64,000 nucleotides of DNA from Ylistrum balloti (Eukaryota): NCBI RefSeq assembly GCF_031769215.1, contig NW_026782645.1:310001-374000 (forward strand). Direction: 5' to 3'. This document shows positions 50,445 to 63,090 of the stretch, one piece after another. Within the stretch, counting starts at the first letter, position 1. Every line of letters begins with the position of its first letter. Below the pieces are notes generated by a model. That model had not been told where the DNA came from, ran no database searches, and worked only from the letters and a program-made list of their open reading frames with translations. The position numbers were made by a program, and so were the translations under genes.

Positions 50445-51642
50445 CTACGGTTCTATGTCCGATATGGTCAAGAACGTTTGAACGTAGGGTTTTTTACAGT
50501 AATTTATCCACAGTTTCTCAACAAGTTCGGACCCCACGACTTGACTAGTGTTATGACTTACTAGCCATAAAAGTAGAACACCGTCATGTCTCAAATACAT
50601 ATCAACAAACTTCGTTTCGACATCGAGTAGTTTCGTACTATTTCGGACTTCTGCAGGGAATCTTGTACAATCCAGGAACTTCCGAACGTACATGTTCTTT
50701 CTCCTCGGAATAAAAGTCATAGTAATGCTAATCACAAGATAAATTCCGTTCACTACCGACATTGTGATGAGCAAAAACCACATTAAAACGAAAACTTTCT
50801 CGTTGAATAAGTTAATAGGAAGCGAACATTGAATTGTCCATCTTTGAACGTTTTGTAGTTGCCGAATATCCATATCACAAAACGCAACTCGCGGGAATCT
50901 TTTTAAGTCCTCCCAATTTTTATTGGTAGCCATTCCGCGGACAAAATCTGGCCCAAGATTCCGAAAGTTATTCCCCAGTAGAGCGTCAATAAGAAATATC
51001 TGTGAAACAGTATTCATTAAGTAAAACAGACAAGTCATTACAAAGACAAATGACAGGTAGTTTCCAGAATGAATTCCACCAAGATGGAGCTTTTCTTTCA
51101 TTCGCCGAATTTGGTGATGGGCAGATGACTTTCCTTCCCGAATATCTATCCATTTGTCAATGTATGACGCGATAACGTCCAGGTGCTCCGTGCGCTTTGT
51201 CGGGGACATGAATGTTGCTTCATTTGACATTTCGAGAATTTTCTTTGTGTTGATACCTGAATATGAACTCAGTCCCTTCCAAAATAATCTCGGAAGGTAA
51301 AACATTCCCGCCAAAAGTACAAGAATCAGAGGAACCCATTGATAATACGAGATCTCGCTATCCTCCCGAGAAATATCCGAGACCGGGAGTATTTCATCAA
51401 AAGGTACGGCATAATTATTTCTTATCCAACAATAACTGTTTGTGTAAGCGACATGGAATTTCTCGAAAGTTGCAGGACAGAAACACGTGATCGGTTCGCC
51501 AACGTATTGCCTTGCACTTACAAGGGCAGAAAGGATAATCAAAAATGCCACACACAACTTCCGGTTTGCCTGTTGAATATAGGTGTCATCACTGACGTCA
51601 AAGGTCACGACGGAAATCGCATTTCCGGTGAGGTCGTCGAAG
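50445..51642 (-). CDS. inx: Innexin 4, main exon; predicted 401 aa; close tandem paralogue of innexin 3
   Basis: RQYVGEPITCFCP, NSYCWI, YYQWVP, FPRVAFCD, QCSLPINLFNEK, YLRHDGV; ttcggcag acceptor at 51643, phase 2, in-frame stop just upstream. Confidence 0.96.
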
Positions 51643-53024
51643 CTGCCGAAATAACATCATACATGTGTAAAGTCATGAATTAGATAAAGACACAAATAAA
51701 AAGAATACTATTTCCTATACTTACATATATCATTATGTTATAAGTCTTAAAATGACTTCATTCTTGGTATAGATTTGTTTTCAATTAAAATAAATCATGG
51801 TGATGAAAACGTCATGTTAAATCATTGAAACAACTTCTGACCTCCAAGAAATTGAAAAAAAAGACTTTAAATGACTTTAAATGACTTTAAATGATATCAT
51901 ATATCTCTCTTTAATATTCCTTTTATCCGATATTAATCAAGCGTTACTGGTTTTGTTTCCGTGCATGTAGAACCATACTTGTGTATTGCACTAAGCTTTT
52001 AATTCCACAGGTACTTAGTCCCCGCTGAAAGCTCCTTGAAACTCTTACTCATTCCGAGCCCTTAAAGCTTGTATTATTGTACAGGTACAATAATGAAGTC
52101 GTGTTATGAATGTGCCAATGGATGTTGAAGAGATTTAAAAACTTCCTTAAAATAATATAAAAAATTTAAAATTTAAAAAGCATTTAAATATCTTAAATTT
52201 TTTTACTATATTTTTTCAGTGTCTCTTAAGTCAAATTATAACAGGTCGTATTTTGTATGTATATATTATTAAGTTAACGTCATTTCAAAATTTTATGCGA
52301 CATTTTAATAAAATATTTTATTTCAATTTTTTTATTTATAGCAGACATGAAATGACCTACTCTGACCTAAATTAATGACAATTGACATTTTATGTTGTTA
52401 ATGATAAATAGAAAACGCGGACATCTCACGGTCTTCTTCACGGTATAGGGGTTCACATCGTCATAGAAGCGTTGGTCACAGGAGAACAGGTGTGGTATGA
52501 CAATCCCAACTGATATTTGAAGGAATCGTTTTTCAGTTAAAGATAAAAAGGATCAAAGCAGCACGTTAACACTTAATCAGAACATCCCTGATTACTCTTC
52601 ACGACACTGTTCTGATTTTCTGTAAATTTTTAATATTCGTTGAGGGTTTATTTTCGATGGTTTCGGGGCTAATCTGAAATCACGAATTCAAATGTCATCA
52701 ATTTGTTAAAACAAGTTCAATTGGATTCACTGGGCTAAATTTGTTCGCGAATTAGCAGTATTTACAAAAACAAAAACAACTAGAAATTGTTTTTTTGATT
52801 TAATAATTATTTTATTGCAAAACTATGTACAATTGGATTGGGCACAAGTTTTTCCAACTTATTAAGCCCTCTCCATTACATGAATGGTAAAACAATACTT
52901 AACTACAAGCAATGTAACAATATATTGAATCATAATATTTTTCATTGAAAAAAAAAAGAAGGATGTAAAGAAGAAAGGAGGATAGGTGAGGAAGGAAGAA
53001 GGGAATATATAGTACAAAGGAAGA

Positions 53025-53644
53025 AATGCAGAAACTAGCCAAATCGCCCAGAGGCATCAATAAATTTTTGAACAGCTCTAGCTAAAAGTGAGGTTTTAGC
53101 TGAACTTAGTCGTACGTCTCCATTTAACAATTGCTAACAATTTTGCGGGCTTTTCACTTCTTTGGCGACAATCTACCGAAAAACAAAACATTAACTTCAT
53201 CGGAAGGATATTCTGCATCGATCTGAAGAAGAAAATTTCAAGAAAATTCAAAATTGAAAAAAATTAAAAAATTTGTTAAATTTTGAAAACTTTACCCAAC
53301 AGCGAGCTTTTTTGTTCGACATATTCTCTGATAACATATCATGACAAAAATTTAGATAAGGAAATCCTCTACAAATAATACAACTGCATAAACTCTGTAT
53401 AATCAACGGTTTTCGAGATATTGTCGTTTTTAAGTTTTTAACTTATGACGTCATGGCGGCCATATTGGATTTTTGACCTACTTAAAAAAACGGCATCGCC
53501 AAGTTCATATACGTATCTACATAAAGGTGAATAGAATGTATATCTATATATTTCAATTTAAAAGATTACGAACCCACAAAATTGGAATAATAATAATAAG
53601 AAGAATGATAAGAAACCGAACAAAAACAATAGGTCTTTTCACCA
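53025..53644. mobile_element. Probable non-autonomous interspersed repeat, truncated by an assembly gap
   Basis: Begins aaactagc and ends in an aataataataag...aacaataggtc tail, a layout I associate with bivalve non-autonomous elements; family not verified. Confidence 0.35.
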
Positions 53645-54328
53645 NNNNNNNNNNNNNNNNNNNNNNNNNNNNNNNNNNNNNNNNNNNNNNNNNNNNNNNN
53701 NNNNNNNNNNNNNNNNNNNNNNNNNNNNNNNNNNNNNNNNNNNNNNNNNNNNNNNNNNNNNNNNNNNNNNNNNAGATTGCGACCAACGAATTTACACGGT
53801 TTAACGGTTTACACTAAGTTTTTATACTATGTAACGTCATAAACACAACATTGAAAGTTTCCTCTCAAGAACTGATGGGGTGGGGGTGGGGGTTTCAGGT
53901 AGGTAATCCACTTTATCAAAATATGTCAGTTTCCTATGCTATCGTATTAGCATTTTTAAACCGTTGTCACAAATTTATATTTGGTACCGGGACAGCACAA
54001 ATAGCAGATCGTAGGATGTGATAACTTGTGAAGATCTGAGGTTCTTGGTTCGACTTTACTACTCGGACGATCAGTGTTTCTTAGAATGTTGACAATCCTA
54101 ATAAATTCCTACACTGTAATGGTTATGTCCTTGAGGAAGAGTCTTTCTACTAGGAGACCCCAAGCCAGGGCGGTAAAAGGAGCCGACGTAGAAAGTGATA
54201 ATGACATTTGTTAGCTAAGATTGAGTGTCTTTCTTTCAAAAGTGGCATTCTGCGTGATAGATAAGTTAGTATAAAAAATACTCCTGAATGACATACTAGT
54301 ACAGACGAGATATAATTTTTCATATTAA

Positions 54329-55058
54329 AGCCCCAATATACGTAACATTCACCAAAAATTTAGTGTAGAATCACACATAATTATTGAGATATTCTCTAAT
54401 ATGTAGTTCAAATTAAGTTATTCAAACAATAGTTACCATGACTTTGTGCATAAAGTATTGATATATGAGCAGTTGAAACTCGCTATTTGTAAACACACCT
54501 CTATTTTAAACACGCCGCCATCGAAATTACGATTGTTGCCGAACCACGTCGGAAAGTTCATGACCTGATCTCGCGAGAGTTGAGGTTTCTACTTATAGAG
54601 GAAGCACATGCAGCTATGTCTTCGGTAAGTTTTTGTTTACAAACATTGTTTGCGAAGTCTTGTTGTAGACTTGAGGTATTCCTGTGATAAACATTCAGTT
54701 TTTGGGAAATTATTAGAAGGAATAATTAGTTTAGAAACGATACGACGCACAATTATAACGTAAGAATTCAGAACTGGCCTGATGTATGATTGGAAAAAAA
54801 GGAAGCGACTGGTGAACGTCTGTACTGTGTCTGCCATGTTTACACACGCGGAATATGCACATGCGCAATGAGCGGTAATGTATGAATTATTGTGGGTCCC
54901 ACATTGTTTATTTTCCAATTTTTTCAATTTTTATTTAAATTGAAAACAGTCAGTTTTATTTTCTTTAATTAAAGGAAAGTATTTGTTTTGTTACATATAT
55001 TACGGGGAAAATAAGATAAAGTTTGTTTTTTATAGTGATTTTTACGTATATTGGGGCT
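54329..55058. mobile_element. Non-autonomous DNA transposon, Kolobok-like
   Basis: 24-bp TIRs AGCCCCAATATACGTAA(C/A)A(T/A)TCAC (22/24) starting with AG, flanked by TTAA (left) and TTTAA (right); superfamily is an inference. Confidence 0.6.
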
Positions 55059-58000
55059 TTTAAAGTGCAACACAATAAAAAAATCTTGGTAAAGTTGTTA
55101 AAAAATATGCTATATACTTAAAAAGTAGAACGATATACTTTAATTTTATCCCATAGTTTTCGTGTTACCAGTGTAATAATACTTTTTAAATTTCCGTTGC
55201 ATACATGTGATATTACCAGCGGAAATGGGATTTGCTGAAACTTCCAGTGGGTTCCATTTTGATGTCATTAATTTATTGTGTCAAATTCAACGTGACGTCG
55301 TCAAAGAGAACGGTATAAAATGTCACTATCGTCTATTTCGATTTGGTAAGTCTTTAAAACGGTTGATTTCGCGAATATTTGATAAAAGGAATTTAGTATT
55401 CGTTTCCATTTAATATGAAATTTATGGAATTCAACAAACGTTTTTCCAAATTTATTGGTTCGTTTCAAAAAATTTGTAGGAAACCAATGTGTGACTTTTA
55501 TGCTAAATACTGTGTTTATTGCTTAAAATAAAAATGTAGTGCTCATATGCGTGTTCTTTGCGCAACAGATATAATGAGGATTTCCGATATTCCCTCAACA
55601 TTTCAATTTAAGCAAATACTTATGAGCATGCCGTTTTTGTTATTATTTATCTTACTTTACATTTCTTTTTAATTATTTTTTTTTATCCTAAATAAATGTA
55701 ACATGATCAACAACCAGAAACTGTAGCGCCTCAATATTTGAGCGCAGTACTTTCAAAGCGAAAAGCACCAAAATATTTATTAATTAATTTGTTTATTTTT
55801 TTATTGTAGTTATTGTCATGTTGATATGAATATGACTGCCTCCGAAGATACGGATAGAGAAGAAAAGATAAAAAAATACTGTTTAAGAATTTTATCCTCG
55901 AAGATCATTTTGTTTGAATGTTTAGAGTTCTAACTTTTCTTGATATCAAAGACAATGCCAACAAATGATGGAACCGCTCAGGACCGCTTTATAGTGTTAT
56001 CATAATGAAATGTCATACCATGGGCATGGTGGCATAATACCCTGTATATAACTACGGTGTTAAAGTATTACCAAAACTGACAAACAAGTTCTTATCGCCA
56101 ATTTGTCTAAAAGCACTAAAGGGCTGCCAAACCTGTACATCTGTTTTATTTTCTTGTATGTATCCGAGTTCCATACCTTATAGATTAATGAAACAAAATA
56201 AAATGATATATAATTATATAATATATTTGAAACCTATTAATTCACGATACAATTTATATATAGAAACACAGGTACTTAAAGCTATTATGACGTCGTTGAC
56301 ATAATTCTGTTTAATATGCAAATTTAAATGAAGCATGATTGATGACGAATGAAAAAAGAGTGATCAGGCGTGTTGTAAAAGAAAAAAAATCATAGACGCT
56401 GTGATTTATTACAAAACTGTGCTATTTTATCTTATCATTTAAACCTTAATTACTCAAATATGACTTACAGGATTCTATTTACAGCGAGGTCAATAGAAGA
56501 ATTCAGTCCTTCAGCAGTTGCCAACAAGTTTTTCTCGTCAGCATAATGCTGTTTTATAAGAAAGTGTCGTACCCTCCACTCTGTCAAACATTTCCAATGC
56601 TTGCAAAAATTGGGGAAAATTCCATTTCTTGGTTTTCATTTCTTACCGTAACGCAGTTAAATGTGAACGCATGGTACGCTATTTTAATTTTAATTCAAAT
56701 GTTTAAATCTGAGTTTAATACCAACTCTTCCAGAAACTCGATTTCAGGAGGAAAGAAAAAAATATTCATATCTAAAAATGGAGCCGCTAAATGATTTCGA
56801 ATTTATCAACGTATGTTAAACTAAATCATATGAGAACTTTTTCGAGAATACACAACTGGACCCGCAGTTTTGTATTGACATGAAGTACTCTTTGGATATA
56901 TAAATAGTACAATGTCTGTGTAAGATTAATTTCAATTGGTTAATGACCTACCAACAGTAATGGTCATTAAGGACAACCTCCGTTTAAATACTGAGCTGTT
57001 GAATGTGGCGTATATGTGGAAAGAAGAGGGAGATTTTACGAACGAATTAAGCCGGAAAAAGCTCAGTGACAATAGTAGAAAGACAAGAAAACCATAATTG
57101 AGAATGTTGTGAAATTGAAAACAAGATGAAAAATGCTTACATAATAATTCATGTGTGTCTTTCTAGTTCACGATAATCAACATATGATTTAAGTGTTGTT
57201 TATATTATGATCGAGTCCAACGCTACGGTACTTTCAAAGAACAAAATCTCATATATACTGTATATAATAGAACATTTAAATCTAGAACGAAGTATACCTT
57301 TAAACTTCGTTGTAGATCAAAGTTGTACACATGTATATGGTACTGTTAGTATAAGCCGATTTGGTCTATAGAGCAGTATACCTTGGTGGTTTAACCACAT
57401 ACAGTGAATTATAATATTACTGCAATGATACTCACACACCATATCAAACTTAAATAAAACGTCTATATTAACTAATTAGTCTGGAGTTGAATTCATTAAA
57501 ACAGTGTTATCCTCCTTGTACGTTTTCATTAATTAGCTTGAACATTTTTCTCTAGTTCACATTTTGCCCTACTTTTATCAAATTTGTGTTTGAATTAAGA
57601 TTCTGTTGAAATGTTGGCCGTTTCTTTGCTGTTTTTAGATTAAATTATAGAGGAATGTGTAAAGAAAATGATTTTACTTTTCCAGTCCTGGCCAGTTAAT
57701 ATATGGCTTACTAAGAATGACTTCTAACTAAAACAGATGACCAGTCTACCTGTTTAATGACTGAAACTTTACATTCCTTGGTAGGTCCAAAACCACTTCG
57801 ATTATTAATGTTTTCCTATATTCGATCACCAATATGTCAATATGTTACGACAATTTTCTCATAAAAACAATCAGGATAAAATCTGTTTCAATAATAGCAA
57901 AAATTACCCTTTGTTGTGAGTTGTCCCTAGTTCAAAGCATTAACAAATTATGTTTGATATTCAAAACAAACCAATTTTATCCATTAACTAAGACACCCAT

Positions 58001-58100
58001 GCATTAACGCTATTGAAAGTTAACGAATCAAGGTCTCTTTCATCTATAATTCCATATCCGAGGAAATACACAATATATATATAAATATCAAATTACTTAC

Positions 58101-58108
58101 AATCCCAT
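58101..58108 (-). CDS. inx: Innexin 4 first coding exon (ATG GGA TT; MGF)
   Basis: aaATGGGATT|GTAAGTA; phase 2 gives MGFFDDLT; 6.5-kb intron. Confidence 0.8.
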
Positions 58109-60679
58109 TTCTAGGTGACTTCAGGAGTCGGCCGTCCTCAGGTAGACATAACTATCCAAGCCACGGTGTGTACATGGAGATCCTAGTTGGTATATACCCG
58201 TAGGAACACTTGTAGATGTGTATTTAAAGCTCTTACGACGAAAGCCAATTTTCGGGTATGTTTAAAGTGTCAGGACCCGTTAGTATTTCGAAATAAAAAT
58301 CTTGGCCTTTATTTACATGAGTAAACACTATATAAGCCGATTATTTTGTGTTAGTATTATATACGCATATTATTAAGCACGTTTTCTCAAGTTTGGCCAT
58401 TTGACCAAAGGTCATATGGTCTGAAGAAAACCATGTTATATTTTCTGTATGAAAAAGTAATGACCACAAGTTTTGAAATGAATGAATAATATTGCCATCT
58501 TTCCCTTAAATGCCTCCCCGAGAAGGGGACAGAAAAGAGCGAAAAAACTCTCCAGATACTACACCCTAATATAAGTTTCATCCCGGGATATACACGCAGA
58601 GTTGGTATGTAGGAAATTGGAGTCAAATCGAGTCTATTTAACGTCAACGCAGGCGAGTCTGCCTCTGTATCAACATTTCAATATCGTAAAAGTTTCATCT
58701 GATACCCAAAGTTTCTTGTATACATACAAAGAAGCATGTAACCCAGTCGTTACATCACCGGCATAATAAGCATAAAATGATTATATAAACTATGGTATGT
58801 CTCGGCTAGGGGAGAGAACCCAAAACTTTCCTTACAAGGGGCAAATATTCAACTAAATAACGTGATAAACAGCTGTACGATACACTTAGGAAACCGTCTA
58901 CTGTATCTAACTTTTAATTTTTATCAAAAGGTGATATTACACGTGTCCTTTGTACAACATTTTCTTTGAATTACGATTCAATTCCAGAATGTAGTTCATT
59001 TGGTTTGTTTTTTTCGATTTCCATTTTTTTTATACTTCGGCGTCTCTTAACCAGAATCTTATATCTAATCGAAATGCACTTTGTTATAACTCTGGAAAAA
59101 CTGACGTCGCTAGGTGTGAGAGCATTTTCAGAAATTTTAAACATAAAAATTAAATATGCATAATGCATTTGAGTTTCATAAATAAGACTAACGAATACAG
59201 TATACGTTTGGTTTATGAAAGAACAAAAGAATTTATACTATAGGATGGTAGGTGATGAATCATATCGGTTAAAGAAAACTAGACAGAAGGAAATTGCCAA
59301 AATAAATGATTGGTGATTGTATTCGTGTCTATATAAACAGGATTGATAAATTACAAATATGTACATAAAACATTATATTCATAAAGTATCTTTCAAAAAT
59401 ACGTATGTCACGTTGACTTTAAGTCTAGAGTGATGGATACGAGAGTGATTGTGTAGTATGTCTCTTTAACCGATCTCCCCTTTCATGTACAGTAGTCCTT
59501 TAAAAATGTCCTCTTTTGTAGTGTTAATCCTTTCAGTCAGAAGAAAAATGATCACGTGATTTAAATGTCGGCCTGTTGAACAAGCAGTGTCTCTTTGTAT
59601 GAACTTTCAATTATGTTTGCTGTGTCAATTGTTGTCAACAAAGATATGCAACTTGAATATGATTTTAATTCATCAAATTTTTGAATCAGACTTATTGAAT
59701 TTAAATCAAATTTCATGGGAAACTCGGGACTAGACAAACCTGATATCTTGTGAAAAAAGCCCAAGAAAATACCAACATCCAACATAAACATTATCCAAAC
59801 TCAGATTCAATAAAACCAGGGCATAGTATAAAAAAAAAAAAAAAATACACAAAGACTCTTGAAAAAATACAAGGAGAATAAGACCAGCTTGAGATAAGAT
59901 GTTTCGGAAGAGTAAGTGTTCTCTGCTTCATCGGCGACATCAGCCATGTGCACATTGGTCAGTCAAAGTTAGCAATTTCACGTTCGGAACGCTTGATCTC
60001 TGTACGTTTTCAAATGTCTCCTGGTAAATCTTCTTTGTTCGTATTTTCCACCAGTTTCAGTGAAGTTTAATTAATTAATTTAATTAATATTCTGTTGTCG
60101 TCCCGACAGTACTTTTGTTTGAGCTTTGACTATGGATCTTGAAAATGAATCGATGGGTGAAGCCGTTTACTATTAAAACAGAGAAAGCCAAACTGTACAG
60201 GTTGACGGAACACAGTACACCTATCTGATGCCCGAAATAAAAAAAAAACCTTATGGTAAATAATGTACTTATGTAATTAATAAAATTGTAGAGAGCACTT
60301 AATTGTTCAAATTAATAGAATATCACTTTTAAACCAAAATCTTTATTTTCTAAGATCATGATAATTGACAAAGGGTATTATAAGGGATAACAAAATTCTG
60401 AAATTAACTCACAATGTTGCCATATTGGAATATTAAAGGAAAAGCTGATGACGGAAGTCCTTTTGTAATGTAGTTAATGGCGGACAATGGCAAAAAGTAG
60501 AAATATTAATAAAATTGATTTCATTGATACATTAAGAATTAATTTGTATAAATACATACACAGTTCATGTGTTTTTTTTTATCTCATTCCTCTTTACATA
60601 GCATCAGAAATAGCATCAAACACGAAATGGAAATTTGATAAGGAAACAAGTTTTACAACTTATCCATCTTCCAGATGTA

Positions 60680-60841
60680 CAGTTGAACCTCGTTATCCTA
60701 AACTCGTATAACTCAAAGACCCCGTTTAATTCGAAGCATTTCGTCGGTTCCTACCTAACTTTACACAAAAAATTGATCATTTGAATCGTAGGTTTCTAGA
60801 AGTTTTCACATGTTCGAATTCGAGATAACGAGGTTCGACTG
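60680..60841. mobile_element. Tc1/mariner-pogo-type MITE (162 bp)
   Basis: TA|CAGTTGAACCTCGTTATC ... GATAACGAGGTTCGACTG|TA terminal inverted repeats with TA duplication. Confidence 0.85.
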
Positions 60842-61697
60842 TAATTAAAACGTAACACATAATATTAGTCTGTTTTACTAATTTCTCAGGAGATGTAAAA
60901 CACATATTCTCTATTTTGTTGTTATGTACAATGCAAGAAGCATTTATTGAAGTTTATATCTAATGTATTACACCATATTGTATAGTAGATGACCTATTTT
61001 TCCTAAGATGTTGACTTTTAACATTTGTACATCAAAGTAAATATAGGAACGATTTGCATAAAACTTTTATGATACTCTTAAATATAGGGTTTCATTAATC
61101 ATAAAAAAAGTTAGCTCAAACGTCAATGTTTTGATTGACGACAAAATTACTGACAATAAATATGCATGATAGACTAAGAAAGCAATACTCCCCCTTTTTG
61201 GAAAACCGGCGCATTGGTGAGGGAACAGCCGTAGCATTCACAATGTATTGTATGAAGGACTTAATATTGGTGTTCATTTTCATGATTTCAAAATTTTCCA
61301 ACGACGTGAGTATACAATTTATTATTAAGCACTATCAAACTAATGCACTTTCCCACTTACGTTGGAATATTTTGATCGCAAAAATGAAAAGAAGTAGTAT
61401 GATAAAGTTTTCCACGTATAACATTTTTTCCGAAAGAACAAAATTATTTTTGTTTTACACAATTATTTGTAGTATATTTATACTAAATTAAAATGTGCTA
61501 TTGTCGTGTGCGTGTTGTCCGTTATGACGTAGTCAATAGGTGTACCAGCTCTTTGTTCCTTTTGTATGTAACTGAAAAAAAATTCAATGAACTAGTGGCT
61601 GTCTTGGTAAACTAACTTAATTTTAACATAGATACTAAGATGATAAAGAGCTAAATTGTGAAAAAAACTCATTTCATTGTATTTCTTAGTTATATTG

Positions 61698-61699
<2 letters not shown>

Positions 61700-61750
<51 letters not shown>
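61700..61750. repeat. (GA)n microsatellite
   Basis: Perfect GA dinucleotide run. Confidence 0.95.
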
Positions 61751-61754
<4 letters not shown>

Positions 61755-62148
61755 TCAGAGTATGTACTTGACGTTTTTTCTAAAATAATCAGACAAATGA
61801 CTTAATTACGGGGATTGTGCACCTTCACATCTAGATTTTCACATTTGTTTCAATCATTTTGAAACACACGTAAAGAGTTTATATAAATTAGATAGACACT
61901 ACAAATGATTGTGTAAAACCGATTTGTTTTGTTCTTCTGGAGAAAATGATATACTGAGAGTTCGGAAGTAATCATCCTTCCCACTAACTACTGCTGTGGT
62001 TACTAACTTTGTGACTATTCATTGACAAAGTAGAAAATAATACTAAACACAAATGTCGACATAATTTGGTAATATTTCATTCAGGCAATTAGCAATTTAT
62101 CCATCTAAAATTTGAAAGAAAATATTTATACACAAGTGAATATTTCAC

Positions 62149-63090
62149 CATACAGCTGTTTCGTCCTTTTAGGACTCGTCCTAGACGTTACACCATACAG
62201 CTGTTTCGTCCTTTTAGGACTCGTCCTTGATTGTACATCATAGAGCTGTTTCGTCCTTTTAGGACTCGTCAGTGATACTACATCATACAGCTGTTCCGTC
62301 CTTTTAGGACTCGTCAGTGATACTACATCACATAGCTGTTTCGTCCTTTTAGGACTCGTCCTTGATGTTACATCATAGAGCTGTTTCGTCCTTTTAGGAC
62401 TCGTCCTTGATGTTACATCATACAGCTGTTCCGTCCTTTTAGGACTCGTCAGTGATACTACATCATACAGCTGTTTCGTCCTTTTAGGACTCGTCCTTGA
62501 TGTACATCATACAGCTGTTTCGTCCTTTTAGGACTCGTCCTTGATGTTACATCATACAGCTGTTCCGTCCTTTTAGGACTCGTCAGTGATACTACATCAT
62601 ACAGCTGTTTCGTCCTTTTATTACTTGTCAGTGATACTATATCATACAGCTGTTTCGTCCTTTTAGGACTCGTCCTTGATGTACATCCTACAGCTGTTTC
62701 GTCCTTTTAGGACTCGTCCTTGATGTTACATCATACAGCTGTTCCGTCCTCTTAGGACTCGTTAGTGATACTACATCATACAGCTGTTTCGTCCTTTTAT
62801 TACTTGTCAGTGATACTATATCATACAGCTGTTTCGTCCTTTTAGGACTCGTCCTTGGTGTTACATCATACAGCTGTTTCGTCCTTTTAAGAATCGTCCT
62901 TGATGTTACATCATACAGCTGTTTCGTCCTTTTAGGACTCGTCAGTGATACTACATCATACAGCTGTTTCGTCCTTTTAGGACTTGTCCTTGATGTTACA
63001 TCATACAGCTGTTTCGTCCTTTTAGGACTCGTCCTTGATGTTACATCATACAGCTGTTTCGTCCTTTTAGGACTCATTCATGATGCTAAA
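62149..63090 (-). ncRNA. Tandem array of 21 x ~45-nt minimal hammerhead ribozyme motifs (array 2)
   Basis: Minus-strand unit TATCA CTGACGA GTCC TAAAA GGAC GAAAC AGCT GTA TGATG TAG; same family as array 1, opposite orientation. Confidence 0.9.
62909..62950 (-). ncRNA. Fully canonical minimal (type I-like) hammerhead ribozyme unit; predicted cleavage after GUA, between 62914 and 62913
   Basis: UAUCA-CUGACGA-GUCC(UAAAA)GGAC-GAA-AC(AGCU)GU-A^UGAUG: all conserved core nucleotides and three helices present. Confidence 0.88.

Noticed and set aside
18276-51642. Pannexin-like N-glycosylation of extracellular loops; N-myristoylation of the MG starts
   Set aside because: No N-x-S/T sequon found in the predicted extracellular loops; residue 6 is Asp, unfavourable for myristoylation
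51643-52050. Nearby donors at 51724 and ~52048 as innexin 4 first exon
   Set aside because: Their ATGs give phase 0 and phase 1, but the acceptor needs phase 2
58866-58885. AAACAGCTGTACGA resembling the ribozyme stem III and cleavage site
   Set aside because: No CUGANGA or stem II upstream; too short to call
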